The notes below the pieces were generated by a model that saw only the letters and a program-made list of their open reading frames with translations, made no database searches and had not been told where the DNA came from. A stretch of 64,000 bases of DNA from Candidatus Latescibacterota bacterium (GTDB lineage Bacteria > Latescibacterota > UBA2968 > GCA-2709665): assembly GCA_965203805.1 (NCBI GenBank), contig OZ241917.1, forward strand, positions 4,576,001-4,640,000, in the 5' to 3' direction. Positions 1-9,439 of the stretch are shown here, in pieces. The position numbers and the translations under genes were made by a program. How positions within the stretch are numbered: position 1 is the first letter of the stretch; each line of letters begins with the position of its first letter.

Positions 1-1
1 A

Positions 2-1471
2 GAAATACTCCCCAAATATGAAGTAGATTCGGTAACGGTTGAACCCGGAGACAACAAACGCGATCTCAGAAAAATTGCACTAGCATATGATACAGATTCC
101 CAGAAAAACAAAGAACGGCTCGGAAAAAAGTTGCGGGAGACACCGTTTATTCTTGCGGAGTGTTCGAGTACGCGCAATCCCTCGTTCAGAAGGCCTGACG
201 AGGTCTATTTTGCAACTGAGGAGTTACGCACTTATTTCGAGGGTAACGACTCCGTTGCATGGGTTTGTTCGGATCATCCACAATCTGCTTTGTTCAAAGA
301 CCTGGGAGTCAGAGAGAAAGTAAGGATTCGACGTCGCCAACGTGACTACCAAGGATACGTCTCTATCCGCGATTACCATGGCGACCACGAGAGAGGACTG
401 GACGGATTTGATCCAGATATTCGCGTCGATGGTTTGGAATGCGCAATGCGTACGCCAACAATGGAACGGAGTAGATATATTTGGAATAAAGTCGCAGTTC
501 CGAATTCTGATTGCATTCGAGGAATTGTGGAGGAATCAACTCGGCGAACTTTTGAAGGAAGTACCAAGAGTGAACGGATTTCAGAGCCACTTGGAAAGTT
601 GATGTGCAACACCGAGTGGTTGCCCGATTCACGTGGAAATTTTCGCAGGCCGTGCGATCTTACTCTTGATGATCTGCCCGTGTCATTTGTCCGTGATGAG
701 AGGTTGGCCGACCAACTCGGAATGAAAAAAGATGTCGTCGAACAGCTCGCTAAAGAAGTTGGAATTTCAACAGAGGATATCGAACTCTTGAGACAAGACC
801 CCGAGGGATTCATGCAGTGGAAAGCTGAAAGGGAATCTATAGAAAAAGAACCAGAATTTCCTCGCGGAGTCTCCACTAACCCTGTCCGTAGAGAGAAGCA
901 AATTAAAGCTCAAGTGGAAGATGCATCAGATAAAACATATGAGACACGAGAAAGAAGCACTCGGACTACGCGAAAAGAGATAGAGCCCGAGATCTATCTT
1001 AGAAATCAGTATACGAACCAAGACAGTCAGTTGATTTGCCAGATCTGCAAAATGGAAATGCCGTTCAAAAAGAGAGATCGTGAGTATTACTTCGAGGCAG
1101 TTGAGGCACTCTCCACAGCTTTTTTCCCCAAAGAACACCCAGCCCAGTTTCTCGCCCTGTGTCCGGTGTGTGCGGCTAGGTACAAGGAATTCGTAAAGCG
1201 GGATAAAGCTGCCATGGGGAATTTTTATCAGGCCATTAAGCAATCAGACAAACTCGAAGTACCGCTCAAATTGGGAGAATTGGAACGTAACCTCAGATTC
1301 GTGGAGCCCCATTGGATTGACATAAAAACGATCCTGAGAGAGTTTTCAACGTCCGATGACACCGTTGTGGATCGGAGTGATTCCTGGAGCGAGCAAGATC
1401 AAAGAGATTTGACGAAAGCCTCCTTGAAGCATGCGGTGACACGCTACCCGGAGGACGAGGATCTTGTTTGA
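2..1471 (+). CDS. 3' part (5'-truncated by window edge) of a large sacsin/GHKL-type putative defence protein with C-terminal degenerate HNH-like Zn-binding domain and acidic tail
   Basis: Frame is open from position 2 (EILPKYEVDS...) into the 131..1471 ORF. Sacsin-like motifs FRRPDEVYF and WLPDSRGNFRRPCDL. C-terminal ICQICK...YFEAVE...FLALCPVCAA has the CxxC...CxxC spacing of HNH-like domains. AT-richer than the rest of the window. Confidence 0.65.
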   Translation, partial: EILPKYEVDSVTVEPGDNKRDLRKIALAYDTDSQKNKERLGKKLRETPFILAECSSTRNPSFRRPDEVYFATEELRTYFEGNDSVAWVCSDHPQSALFKDLGVREKVRIRRRQRDYQGYVSIRDYHGDHERGLDGFDPDIRVDGLECAMRTPTMERSRYIWNKVAVPNSDCIRGIVEESTRRTFEGSTKSERISEPLGKLMCNTEWLPDSRGNFRRPCDLTLDDLPVSFVRDERLADQLGMKKDVVEQLAKEVGISTEDIELLRQDPEGFMQWKAERESIEKEPEFPRGVSTNPVRREKQIKAQVEDASDKTYETRERSTRTTRKEIEPEIYLRNQYTNQDSQLICQICKMEMPFKKRDREYYFEAVEALSTAFFPKEHPAQFLALCPVCAARYKEFVKRDKAAMGNFYQAIKQSDKLEVPLKLGELERNLRFVEPHWIDIKTILREFSTSDDTVVDRSDSWSEQDQRDLTKASLKHAVTRYPEDEDLV

Positions 1472-1805
1472 TCCGGGCGATGTGGTGGTGCTTGAATTTC
1501 CTGGTGCGAAGGAGGTCAAACGCCGACCGGCGGTCGTCATCTCCTCTCCGGTTTATCATGCTTCTCGACCTGATGTGGTCGTCGGCCTGGTTACCAGTCA
1601 AACCGCAGAACTTGGTCCTACGGACTATGTATTGCAGGATTGGTCGCATGCGGGTTTGAGGATTCCGTCGGTATTTCGCAGTTTTTTCGCGACTCTGCCC
1701 ACTGCTACCCATCATGCGGTTGTCGGTCATCTTTCAGAACGGGATTGGAACGAAGTCTGTGGTCGTGTAAGAATCGCTTTGGATCCACTGGCTTCCAATG
1801 AGTGA
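1464..1805 (+). CDS. PemK/MazF family endoribonuclease toxin (type II TA)
   Basis: GDVVVLEFP...KRRPAVVIS...DVVVGLVTSQ...DWSHAGLRIPSVFR signature. TTG start with GGAGG/GAGG upstream. Overlaps the upstream stop by 8 nt. Confidence 0.9.
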   Translation: MFDPGDVVVLEFPGAKEVKRRPAVVISSPVYHASRPDVVVGLVTSQTAELGPTDYVLQDWSHAGLRIPSVFRSFFATLPTATHHAVVGHLSERDWNEVCGRVRIALDPLASNE

Positions 1806-1930
1806 CGAACTCGCTACGGTCCCTCAATGCGGGCGGAGCGCCTGTGGGTATTGAGGCAATCGGGAAGATCTGAGATTGAACCGCTGCCACGATCAACACG
1901 CCAGGGTTCAGGGCGTTAATTTCCCTGGAA

Positions 1931-2176
1931 GCGAGGGCATCCCTGCCCTCGCCGGCAGATGCGGGGGGCCGTAGCGCCGTCATTTCCGACGTGGAATTGG
2001 GTGCAAAAGAAGCAGTAGGCCCTTGATGCGGAGATTGGTAGGTCGTGCGAAGTTCGAGGGCAGGGATGCCCTCGGTCCGGTATCTGGTAGCTCATGAACT
2101 GATGTAGGGCAGGGTGGCCTCGGTCCAGATACTGGAGGATCATGTACTGATGAAGGGCAGGGATACCCTCGGTCCT
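1931..2176. repeat. REP-like palindrome plus three degenerate ~48-49 bp tandem units
   Basis: Perfect hairpin GCGAGGGCA-TCCC-TGCCCTCGC at 1931-1952. The opposite-orientation motif AGGGCAGGGatgcCCTCGGTCC recurs at 2057, 2106 and 2154, with similar inter-unit sequence (ctgg..g.tcatg.actgatg). Confidence 0.75.
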
Positions 2177-2331
2177 TGGGAGCCATTTGGTCCCGGGGTA
2201 CAGCATCGTTCTGTGGATGAGGTGTCTCCGGCCGAGGATGGGTCGAAACCTTAGCTGGCGCATGATTTAGACATACTTATATTCAATAACAAACCAGCGG
2301 TCCGTGCAGAGCGGCCGATGTGATTTTTTTT

Positions 2332-2368
2332 GACGCCCGGCGCGCGCGGTTCCGGGCGTCTTTTTGTT
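2332..2368 (+). terminator. Intrinsic terminator-like hairpin ~40 nt upstream of the first lyase-like gene
   Basis: GACGCCCGG-N11-CCGGGCGTC followed by TTTTTGTT. Confidence 0.6.
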
Positions 2369-2408
2369 GCGATCGAGAGGGTTTTCGAGTCGCAAGGAGG
2401 GCTGTACG

Positions 2409-5400
2409 ATGGCATTTTCACCTGCGGTTCACGAGACGGATCTGGGGCAAGGGGTCTGCATATCGGCGCCTGCGGGGGAATCCTACCAGGATGCGGCCCG
2501 CAGTCTGAAGGAGACGATTGAGGGCACGGTTTCGGCGCCCGTGGACGTGCTTCCGGACGGGGAACTGGATGCCGGCGGCCGGCACGTGATCGCCCTGGGG
2601 AACATGATGGACAGCGCGTTCCTGCGAACGCTCTACTTCCGCGCCTACGACTTCACCGACCGGGTGTGGCCGGGACCTGGCGGCTGGGTGGTGCGCACGG
2701 CGCCTCATTCATTGGACGGTGTGGATCAGGTCCTTGTAGCGGGCGTGAGCAGCGCGGAGGACGTCGGCGAAGCGGCCGGTGCGCTGGCGGGCGCGATCGC
2801 GGAAAGCGGTCCGGTACTCCCGTTCCAATACGAGGTGCATCCGGGCCGCTGGTCGGGCCTGTACGTGACGCCGGCGAACGAGTTGATTGCGAAGAGCGAA
2901 AGGGACCTCGAGCAGGAATCCATCGGCGGGGGATCGGGCGACTGGACCTATATGATGGTTGTGGCCGATATGGGGATGCTCGCGGTGCAGACGGGAAACG
3001 AAGCGTTGATGTCGACGTTCTGCCGGCAGATCTGCCATTTCGCCCGCACGCGCTGGTTCGAGCGGACGTTGGAGGACCCAACGTTGATCCACGGCTTCAT
3101 CCGGGTGCTTCTGCTGCCGTTCACGATCCTGGAAAACCATCCCGCGCTTCCCTCCTCACTCCGGCAGCAGACGCTGGAATCGCTGCTGGGGCTCTTCAGG
3201 TCGGCGGAAGGGGCCGGCAATTCCGGGCTTCTGTCCTGCGTGGGCGTCGACCGGGTGCGCCAGAACCATCAGACCCGATCGGCGCTGGACATGTTCTACG
3301 GCGGCCGCTATTTCCACCAGGTGCATGGGCTCGCGGAGGGGTTGGCGTGGATGAAGCTGGCGGAGGTCTTCTTTGCGCCGCAGATGGGATCGAACAAGCC
3401 CGTGTGCGACTCGTGGGGCCATCAGTGGGGGGCTTCGCTGTTCAACACGGCGGATTACGCGTTGGCGGCGGGGAAGATGGACTACTTCTCGAGCCGGCCC
3501 TATCTTGAGGGCGTGGACCGGGCGCTCGTCGCGCACAGCAACCTGGAGCGCGGCCCGGAACAGTACTGCCGCATGGCCGCGGCGGTAACCGGCAATGATG
3601 AATACCTGCAGCTTTGTGAATCCATCGACGAAGAGGCTGTGGCGGAGCGGACCATTCGAGGGGCCGAAGAGCCCCTGCGGACCTGGGTGACGGGAAGGCA
3701 TGCGGCGGCGCCGGAACGGTTGGGACGGGTCGGCGTGGCCCCTCTCTCGCGGCTGTTCTACGATTCGATCGAAGAATATACGACGTTTGCGCCGGAGAAT
3801 GGCGTGTATCTGCGGAATCTGCCTTACGAACAGACGTTCGACAAGGTGTACTTCCGGTCCGGATGGACGGACCAGGACGACTACCTGCTGCTGGACGGCA
3901 TCTCGGGGGGCTCGCACTCCTATCAGGACGGCAACTGCATTGTGCGTTACACCAGTCGCGGCGTATCCTGGTTCAGGTTTGCCGGCGGGCATACGCCTGC
4001 CACGGTTCGGGACTACACGGGCGTGAGCGTTTCGGTTGACGGCGCCGGGCCGGGGTGCGAGTCCAGGTACGCGGCACTACGCTATCTGCAGGAAGGGGAG
4101 CGGCTTGCCGTGGCTGGCACGTCGATGACCTATCCGGAGCAGGGTGACTGGTATCGACATATCGTGTACAGCAGAGAGGGGTGGTTTCTGGTGATCGACG
4201 AAGTATGGCCTGTCGTGGCGGGCGACTTTCTGGTTGAGTGTCGCTGGCACCTTCTGGGCGAAGCGGCCATTTCCGATGGGATGTTGCGTTCGGTTCAGAA
4301 CGATGCGCAACTGAATATGCGCCACTGTGGAAGCGGTCGCCAGGAACTGATTGCGTCCGACGATTGGTGCGCGGAGGACTACGCGAAATGGGTCCAGCGG
4401 TCCGTTGCGGCACTCCAGCCCGGGACGGGGATCCGGTTCGGGACGCTTTTCTGGACCGACGCGGTGGGAGATGGAAGGGATTTCAGCCTGGTCGAGGAGA
4501 AAAGCGGCTTCCGGATCGAGGGCTGCGGCGATACCGTCAGGATCGTCCTGGAAGAGGGGGTAGAGTACCCGGCTGTTACCGCCTCCGGCGCGACGCTGCC
4601 AACGGCCGGTCAAGACGTCGTTGCGTCCGATTCCACGCCATTCCGACTTCCCGGCGGCGAAGCCAGGCCTGAATGGAATTCGCGGTGCGCGGATGCCGTG
4701 ACCGCGCTGGATATCGGGTCGGAGAGATGGTTCGGCGGCGACGGCGGCGGGGTGACCGCCTTCAATCCCGGCGGCGACGTCCTCTGGAAGCGGGAGATCG
4801 ACGGTGGCGTCTGCGCCATTGCGGCCCTGGACGACGGTGGTGCGGCGGCAGGCGGCGACGGAGAAACCGTATACCGGCTGGATGCCTCCGGAGATACGGT
4901 CTGGTCGCATCGGATCCCGTGGCAGCCCATGAACTGGGACAGCTGGTCCAGGAAGAATTGTGTGGTCTTGAGTCTGGCCGCGGGCGATATAGACGGCGAC
5001 GGACGGGAGGAGATTCTGGTGGGATGCGCCGACCGCCACGTGTATGCGTTCGATGGCGAGGGCAACCAATTATGGCGTTCCCCCTGTCAATGGGGGCCGC
5101 CGGTTTGTCTCGACACGGCGAGGCTTACGGACAGGCCGGAGCGGCAGACGCTCGCCGGCCTGGCAGACCCCGCCATCCACGCGCACACCCTGGTCTTCGG
5201 CAAGGACGGGACGCTGGGGCGGCCGCTGCAGCGGCCGGATATCGTCAGCTGGTCGATTCCTTCATGGTCCCGTTGCCTCAGGGTGGCGGATGTGGACGGC
5301 GACGGCGGTGACGAGGTGATCAGCGGGGTGGATACAAACCACCGGCAGTTGATCGTGTACGGGCGCGGCGGCGAGGTGATCTGGGATGCGGACATGGGCG

Positions 5401-5723
5401 GCGGGGTGCTCGCGGCTGAAGCCTTTGACGGGCGGTTATACGCGGGGGCGTCGAACGGATTTGTGCAGTGCTTCGACGCCGGGGGCGCGCGTCTGTGGAG
5501 CCGGTTCCTGACCGAACGGGTGGCCGGTCTCGCGCCAGGTGGAGATGGAGGCTGTCTGGCTGCCCTTCGAGGCGGAACCGTCGTGGGTCTGGACGGTAAC
5601 GGAGAGGTCCGGAAGATGCACTCAGGGAACCCGGAGATTGCGGTAACGGGTTGGGCGTCGGGATGGCCGGACGGGGGCCTGCTGGTGGGCCGGAAGGATG
5701 GGGCCATCGAATTCTACCGGTAG
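2409..5723 (+). CDS. Heparinase II/III-like (lyase/epimerase) protein with C-terminal FG-GAP/PQQ-like beta-propeller, paralog 1
   Basis: AAGGAGG RBS before ATG 2409. RQNH motif; DKVYFRSGW...YLLLDG...GSHSYQDGN (heparinase II/III-like); GDIDGDGREEIL and DVDGDGGDEVI calcium-blade motifs; W-ending PQQ-like repeats. No signal peptide. Confidence 0.7.
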   Translation: MAFSPAVHETDLGQGVCISAPAGESYQDAARSLKETIEGTVSAPVDVLPDGELDAGGRHVIALGNMMDSAFLRTLYFRAYDFTDRVWPGPGGWVVRTAPHSLDGVDQVLVAGVSSAEDVGEAAGALAGAIAESGPVLPFQYEVHPGRWSGLYVTPANELIAKSERDLEQESIGGGSGDWTYMMVVADMGMLAVQTGNEALMSTFCRQICHFARTRWFERTLEDPTLIHGFIRVLLLPFTILENHPALPSSLRQQTLESLLGLFRSAEGAGNSGLLSCVGVDRVRQNHQTRSALDMFYGGRYFHQVHGLAEGLAWMKLAEVFFAPQMGSNKPVCDSWGHQWGASLFNTADYALAAGKMDYFSSRPYLEGVDRALVAHSNLERGPEQYCRMAAAVTGNDEYLQLCESIDEEAVAERTIRGAEEPLRTWVTGRHAAAPERLGRVGVAPLSRLFYDSIEEYTTFAPENGVYLRNLPYEQTFDKVYFRSGWTDQDDYLLLDGISGGSHSYQDGNCIVRYTSRGVSWFRFAGGHTPATVRDYTGVSVSVDGAGPGCESRYAALRYLQEGERLAVAGTSMTYPEQGDWYRHIVYSREGWFLVIDEVWPVVAGDFLVECRWHLLGEAAISDGMLRSVQNDAQLNMRHCGSGRQELIASDDWCAEDYAKWVQRSVAALQPGTGIRFGTLFWTDAVGDGRDFSLVEEKSGFRIEGCGDTVRIVLEEGVEYPAVTASGATLPTAGQDVVASDSTPFRLPGGEARPEWNSRCADAVTALDIGSERWFGGDGGGVTAFNPGGDVLWKREIDGGVCAIAALDDGGAAAGGDGETVYRLDASGDTVWSHRIPWQPMNWDSWSRKNCVVLSLAAGDIDGDGREEILVGCADRHVYAFDGEGNQLWRSPCQWGPPVCLDTARLTDRPERQTLAGLADPAIHAHTLVFGKDGTLGRPLQRPDIVSWSIPSWSRCLRVADVDGDGGDEVISGVDTNHRQLIVYGRGGEVIWDADMGGGVLAAEAFDGRLYAGASNGFVQCFDAGGARLWSRFLTERVAGLAPGGDGGCLAALRGGTVVGLDGNGEVRKMHSGNPEIAVTGWASGWPDGGLLVGRKDGAIEFYR

Positions 5724-5785
5724 GGGACGACATAGCGATTTGACACGAATCCGCCGGGTCGAAAGCACTATTGCGCTTATCGGGT

Positions 5786-5865
5786 TTTTATCCTGTCCAT
5801 CCTGTTCATCCATGTGAGTTCCCGCGTTGTGATATAGATTCTGCACACGGAGAAAGGATTGCGAT
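5786..5865 (+). repeat. Leader element with 9-bp tandem ATCCTGTYC units, duplicated at 9351-9439
   Basis: TTTTATCCTGTCCATCCTGTTCATCCATGTGA...TGCACACGGAGAAAGGATTGCGATATG is shared with the leader of paralog 3. Confidence 0.8.
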
Positions 5866-8800
5866 ATGAACTTCCGCAAACCGATCCACCAGACGGATCT
5901 GTCTTCGGGCGTCTGTATATCGGCGCCGGATGCAGAGCCATACCAGGAAGCGGCGCAGCGTCTTCAATCTGCCCTGCAAGGCGCGGTTTCCGGCAACGTG
6001 GAGATTCTGCCGGACACGCTGCTCGACGCGGACGGACGCCACGTGATCGCGTTGGGAAACATGATGGACAGCGCGTTCCTGAAGACCCTGTACTTCCGGA
6101 CATACGATCTGACCGACCGGGTCTGGCCCGGTCCCGGCGGATGGACGGTCCGCACCGCGCCGGACTCCCTGGAAGACGTGGGTCACGTGATTGTTGTTGG
6201 GGTGAGCGGCGCGGAGGACGTTGCCTGGGCCGCGAATGCCCTCTGCAACGCGATCGAAGGCGCCGGTACCACGCTACCTTTCCAATACCGCGTACATCCG
6301 GGAAGGTGGTCGGATCTGTATCTGACGCCGGCGCGGGAACGGCTGGAAGCAGGCGATGCGGACCTGGAGCGGGAGTATACCGGCGGCGCGGGCGACTGGG
6401 CCTATATGCACGCGATTGCAGACATCGGGATGCTGGCGGTTCGGACCGGTCAGGAGGCGCTGATGGAGATGTTCTTCCGGCAGGTCTGCCATTTTGGACG
6501 TACGCGGTGGTTCGAGCGCCATCTGCCGGACCCGCCGCAGATCCACGGGTTTTTGAGGACGATGCTGCTGCCGTTTACGATCCTGGAAAATCATCCGTCC
6601 GTTCCCGCAGCCCGGCGGGAGGAGACGCTGGAGGTTTTTCTGGAGCTGTACCGATCCGGGGAAGGGGCCGGGAACAACGGATTTCTGAGCCACGTCGGCG
6701 TGAACAGGGTTCGGCAGAACCACCAGACCCGGTCGGCGCTGGATCTCTTTTACGGGGGACGGTATTTCCACCAGGTGCATGGGTTGGCCGAAGGCAGGGC
6801 GTGGATGAAGCTGGCGGAAGTGTTCTTTGCGCCGCAGATGACGTCCAACAAGCCCGTGTGCGACTCGTGGGGCCATCAGTGGGCCGCTTCACTGTTCAAT
6901 ACCGCGGATTTTGCGCTGGCTTCGGGGCGGTTGGATTACGTTTCGAGCGAGCCGTTCCTGGAGGGCGTGGACAGGGCGCTGATCGCGCACAGCAACCTGG
7001 AACGAGGCCCGCAGCAGTATTTTCTGATGGCCGCGACGGCCACGGGGAACGATGAATATCTGCATCCCTGCGGCGTCTCGGACGAAGATGCCCTGGCCGA
7101 ACGATCCATAAAGGGACCGGAAGAGCCGCTTCGGGCGTGGGTGACGGGGCGCCGGGCGCTGTCGCCGGAGAGGCTGGGACGGGTGGGCGTGGCGCCGCTC
7201 TCGCGGCTGTTCTATGATTCGCTCGAGGGTTCCAGCGGGTTTGCGCCCGAGGGCGTGTATCTGCGCGACGTGCCGTTCGAGCAGACATTCGATAAGGTAT
7301 TCTTCCGGTCCGGCTGGTCGGATGACGACGACTATCTGCTGTTGGATGGCATCTCGGGCGGGTCCCATTCGTATCAGGACGGTAACTGCATTGTGCGGTA
7401 TACGGGGCGGGGACGGAACTGGTTCGGAGATCGCGTGGGTCCGGCCTCGGTGCGCGACCACAACGGAGTGAACGTCGCAGTGGACGGGGCGGGCCCTGGA
7501 CGTGAGTCCCGATACGCCGCATTGAAATACGTTGAGGAGGGTGAAGCGTTTTCGGTGGCGGGCACTTCGATGCGATATCCCGGTCAGGGCGACTGGTATC
7601 GCCATGTCGTATACGGCAGGGCGGGGTGGTTTCTCGTGGTGGACGAAATTTGGGCGCGGGCGGCGGGAGAGTTCCTGGTTGAGGGCCGCTGGCACGTGCT
7701 TGGAGACGTTACGCTGTCGGATGGGTTCCTGCGCTCGGTTCAGGGGAATGCGATACTGAATATGCGGCACGCTGGAAGCGCTTCGCAGGAACTGACGCGG
7801 GTGACTGCTGCTCTGGAGAAGGGTGGCATGCGATGGACCCAACGTTCACTGGAGGGCCTTCAGCCGGGCCAGGGCGTGAGGTTCGCGACGCTTTTCTGGT
7901 GCGACGAACGGCAGCAGGCCCGGGCGTATGCGCTGGAACGGCAAGGGTCGGGCTATCGGATCGAGGGGGAAGGCAAAGGGGTGACGATCTCATTCTCGGC
8001 GGACACCGATGGCGTGACGTTGGAAGCCGATGCGGCGGTACTGCCAACGGCGGGCAGCGTTGTCGAGACGTCAGACCCGCGTCCGTTCGCAGTCGCGGGG
8101 GGCGAGGCGAAGCCGGTATGGCGCGGTGCCTGCGGCGGAGGTGTGGCAGCGGTCGACGTGTGGGGGGGAGGGTGCTGCGCGGGCGATGACCGGGGCGGGA
8201 TCGCGGCGTTCGACCGGCAGGGGCGGAGAATATGGACGCATTCCGCGTCGGGAGGAATCCGGACGGTGCTGGCCCTTGCGGACGGAGGGGTGGTCGCCGG
8301 TGGGGAGGCCGAGGTGGTGCACCGGCTGGACGCGTCCGGCAGGGAGGTGTGGTCGCATCAGCTCGAGTGGGAGCCGATGAACTGGGACTACTGGACGTGG
8401 CTGAACTGTAAGGTCCTCAGCCTCGCGGCCGGCGACATCGACGGCGACGGCCGCGAGGAGATTCTGGCCGGATGCGCCGATCGTCACGTGTACGCGTTCG
8501 ACGAGGGCGGCGCGTTGTTGTGGCGTTCGGCCTGCCAGTGGGGTCCGCCCACGTGCCTGGCGGTGGCGCGGCTGCGGGACGGGGAGAGCCCGAGTGTGCT
8601 GGCGGGGATGGCGGATCCGTCGATTCACGGGTGCGTCCGGGTGTTCGATTCCGACGGGACGTGTGTGGAGACGCTCTCCCGTCCGGATATCATGAGCTGG
8701 TCGATCCCCTCGTGGTCGAAATGCCTTCGAGCGGCGGACCTGAACGGGGACGGCCTCGACGAGGTGATCAGCGGCGTGGATACGAACCACCGGCAGTTGA

Positions 8801-9171
8801 TCGTCTATAGCGGGGACGGTGAGGTGGTCTGGGATGCGGACATGGGAGGCGGGGTGCTCACGGCGGAGGTCTCTGGCGGAAGGGTTTACGCAGGCGCGTC
8901 GAACGGCTTCGTGCAGTGCTTCGACGCCGGAGGCAGGCGGTTATGGAGCAGCTTCCTGGCCGGACCGGTGGCCGGCCTGGCCCCGGATGGCGATGGAGGT
9001 TGCCTGGCGGCCCTTCGAGGCGGGACCGTCGCAGGTCTGGACGGTAACGGAGAGGTCCGGACCACGCACTCCGGAAACTCGAATGTAACGGCGGCGGGCC
9101 GGGCTTCCGCGTGGCCGGACGGAGGTCTGCTGGTGGGCCGGAAGGATGGAGCCATCGAATTCTACCGGTAG
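5866..9171 (+). CDS. Heparinase II/III-like protein with beta-propeller, paralog 2
   Basis: Collinear with and highly similar to 2409..5723, with the same RQNH, FRSGW, SHSYQDGN and DIDGDG motifs. Confidence 0.7.
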   Translation: MNFRKPIHQTDLSSGVCISAPDAEPYQEAAQRLQSALQGAVSGNVEILPDTLLDADGRHVIALGNMMDSAFLKTLYFRTYDLTDRVWPGPGGWTVRTAPDSLEDVGHVIVVGVSGAEDVAWAANALCNAIEGAGTTLPFQYRVHPGRWSDLYLTPARERLEAGDADLEREYTGGAGDWAYMHAIADIGMLAVRTGQEALMEMFFRQVCHFGRTRWFERHLPDPPQIHGFLRTMLLPFTILENHPSVPAARREETLEVFLELYRSGEGAGNNGFLSHVGVNRVRQNHQTRSALDLFYGGRYFHQVHGLAEGRAWMKLAEVFFAPQMTSNKPVCDSWGHQWAASLFNTADFALASGRLDYVSSEPFLEGVDRALIAHSNLERGPQQYFLMAATATGNDEYLHPCGVSDEDALAERSIKGPEEPLRAWVTGRRALSPERLGRVGVAPLSRLFYDSLEGSSGFAPEGVYLRDVPFEQTFDKVFFRSGWSDDDDYLLLDGISGGSHSYQDGNCIVRYTGRGRNWFGDRVGPASVRDHNGVNVAVDGAGPGRESRYAALKYVEEGEAFSVAGTSMRYPGQGDWYRHVVYGRAGWFLVVDEIWARAAGEFLVEGRWHVLGDVTLSDGFLRSVQGNAILNMRHAGSASQELTRVTAALEKGGMRWTQRSLEGLQPGQGVRFATLFWCDERQQARAYALERQGSGYRIEGEGKGVTISFSADTDGVTLEADAAVLPTAGSVVETSDPRPFAVAGGEAKPVWRGACGGGVAAVDVWGGGCCAGDDRGGIAAFDRQGRRIWTHSASGGIRTVLALADGGVVAGGEAEVVHRLDASGREVWSHQLEWEPMNWDYWTWLNCKVLSLAAGDIDGDGREEILAGCADRHVYAFDEGGALLWRSACQWGPPTCLAVARLRDGESPSVLAGMADPSIHGCVRVFDSDGTCVETLSRPDIMSWSIPSWSKCLRAADLNGDGLDEVISGVDTNHRQLIVYSGDGEVVWDADMGGGVLTAEVSGGRVYAGASNGFVQCFDAGGRRLWSSFLAGPVAGLAPDGDGGCLAALRGGTVAGLDGNGEVRTTHSGNSNVTAAGRASAWPDGGLLVGRKDGAIEFYR

Positions 9172-9350
9172 GGGACGGTTAGAGTCTTACTGTTGGACTT
9201 TTACGCAGAGTGCGTTCGTGCTTTTTCATGCTGCCAGCTAACGAAGGGGGGAGTAATCGCACAGCCAAACTGGATTGTGCGTTTATTTCGACCCGACTGG
9301 TTGCGGTTGAGTTTAGCAAAGCCGCGACAGGTTTTGATCCTGCTCTTGGA

Positions 9351-9439
9351 TTTTATCCTGTCCATCCTGTCCATCCTGTTCATCCATGTGAATTCTCGCT
9401 CTGTGACATAATAGTTGCACACGGAGAAAGGATTGCGAT
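9351..9439 (+). repeat. Second copy of the leader element (one extra ATCCTGTCC unit)
   Basis: ATCCTGTCC x2 + ATCCTGTTC + ATCCATGTG, then an RBS region identical to the 5786-5865 copy. Confidence 0.8.

Noticed and set aside
2057-2176. Possible mini-CRISPR array (22-bp repeats, ~26-bp gaps)
   Set aside because: The repeats are degenerate, the gaps resemble each other, and no cas genes are present, so it is a tandem REP-like repeat.
9172-9350. AT-richer spacer with short ORFs (e.g. MNRMDRMDRI...)
   Set aside because: The peptide periodicity comes from the 9-bp repeat; no recognisable gene or pseudogene.
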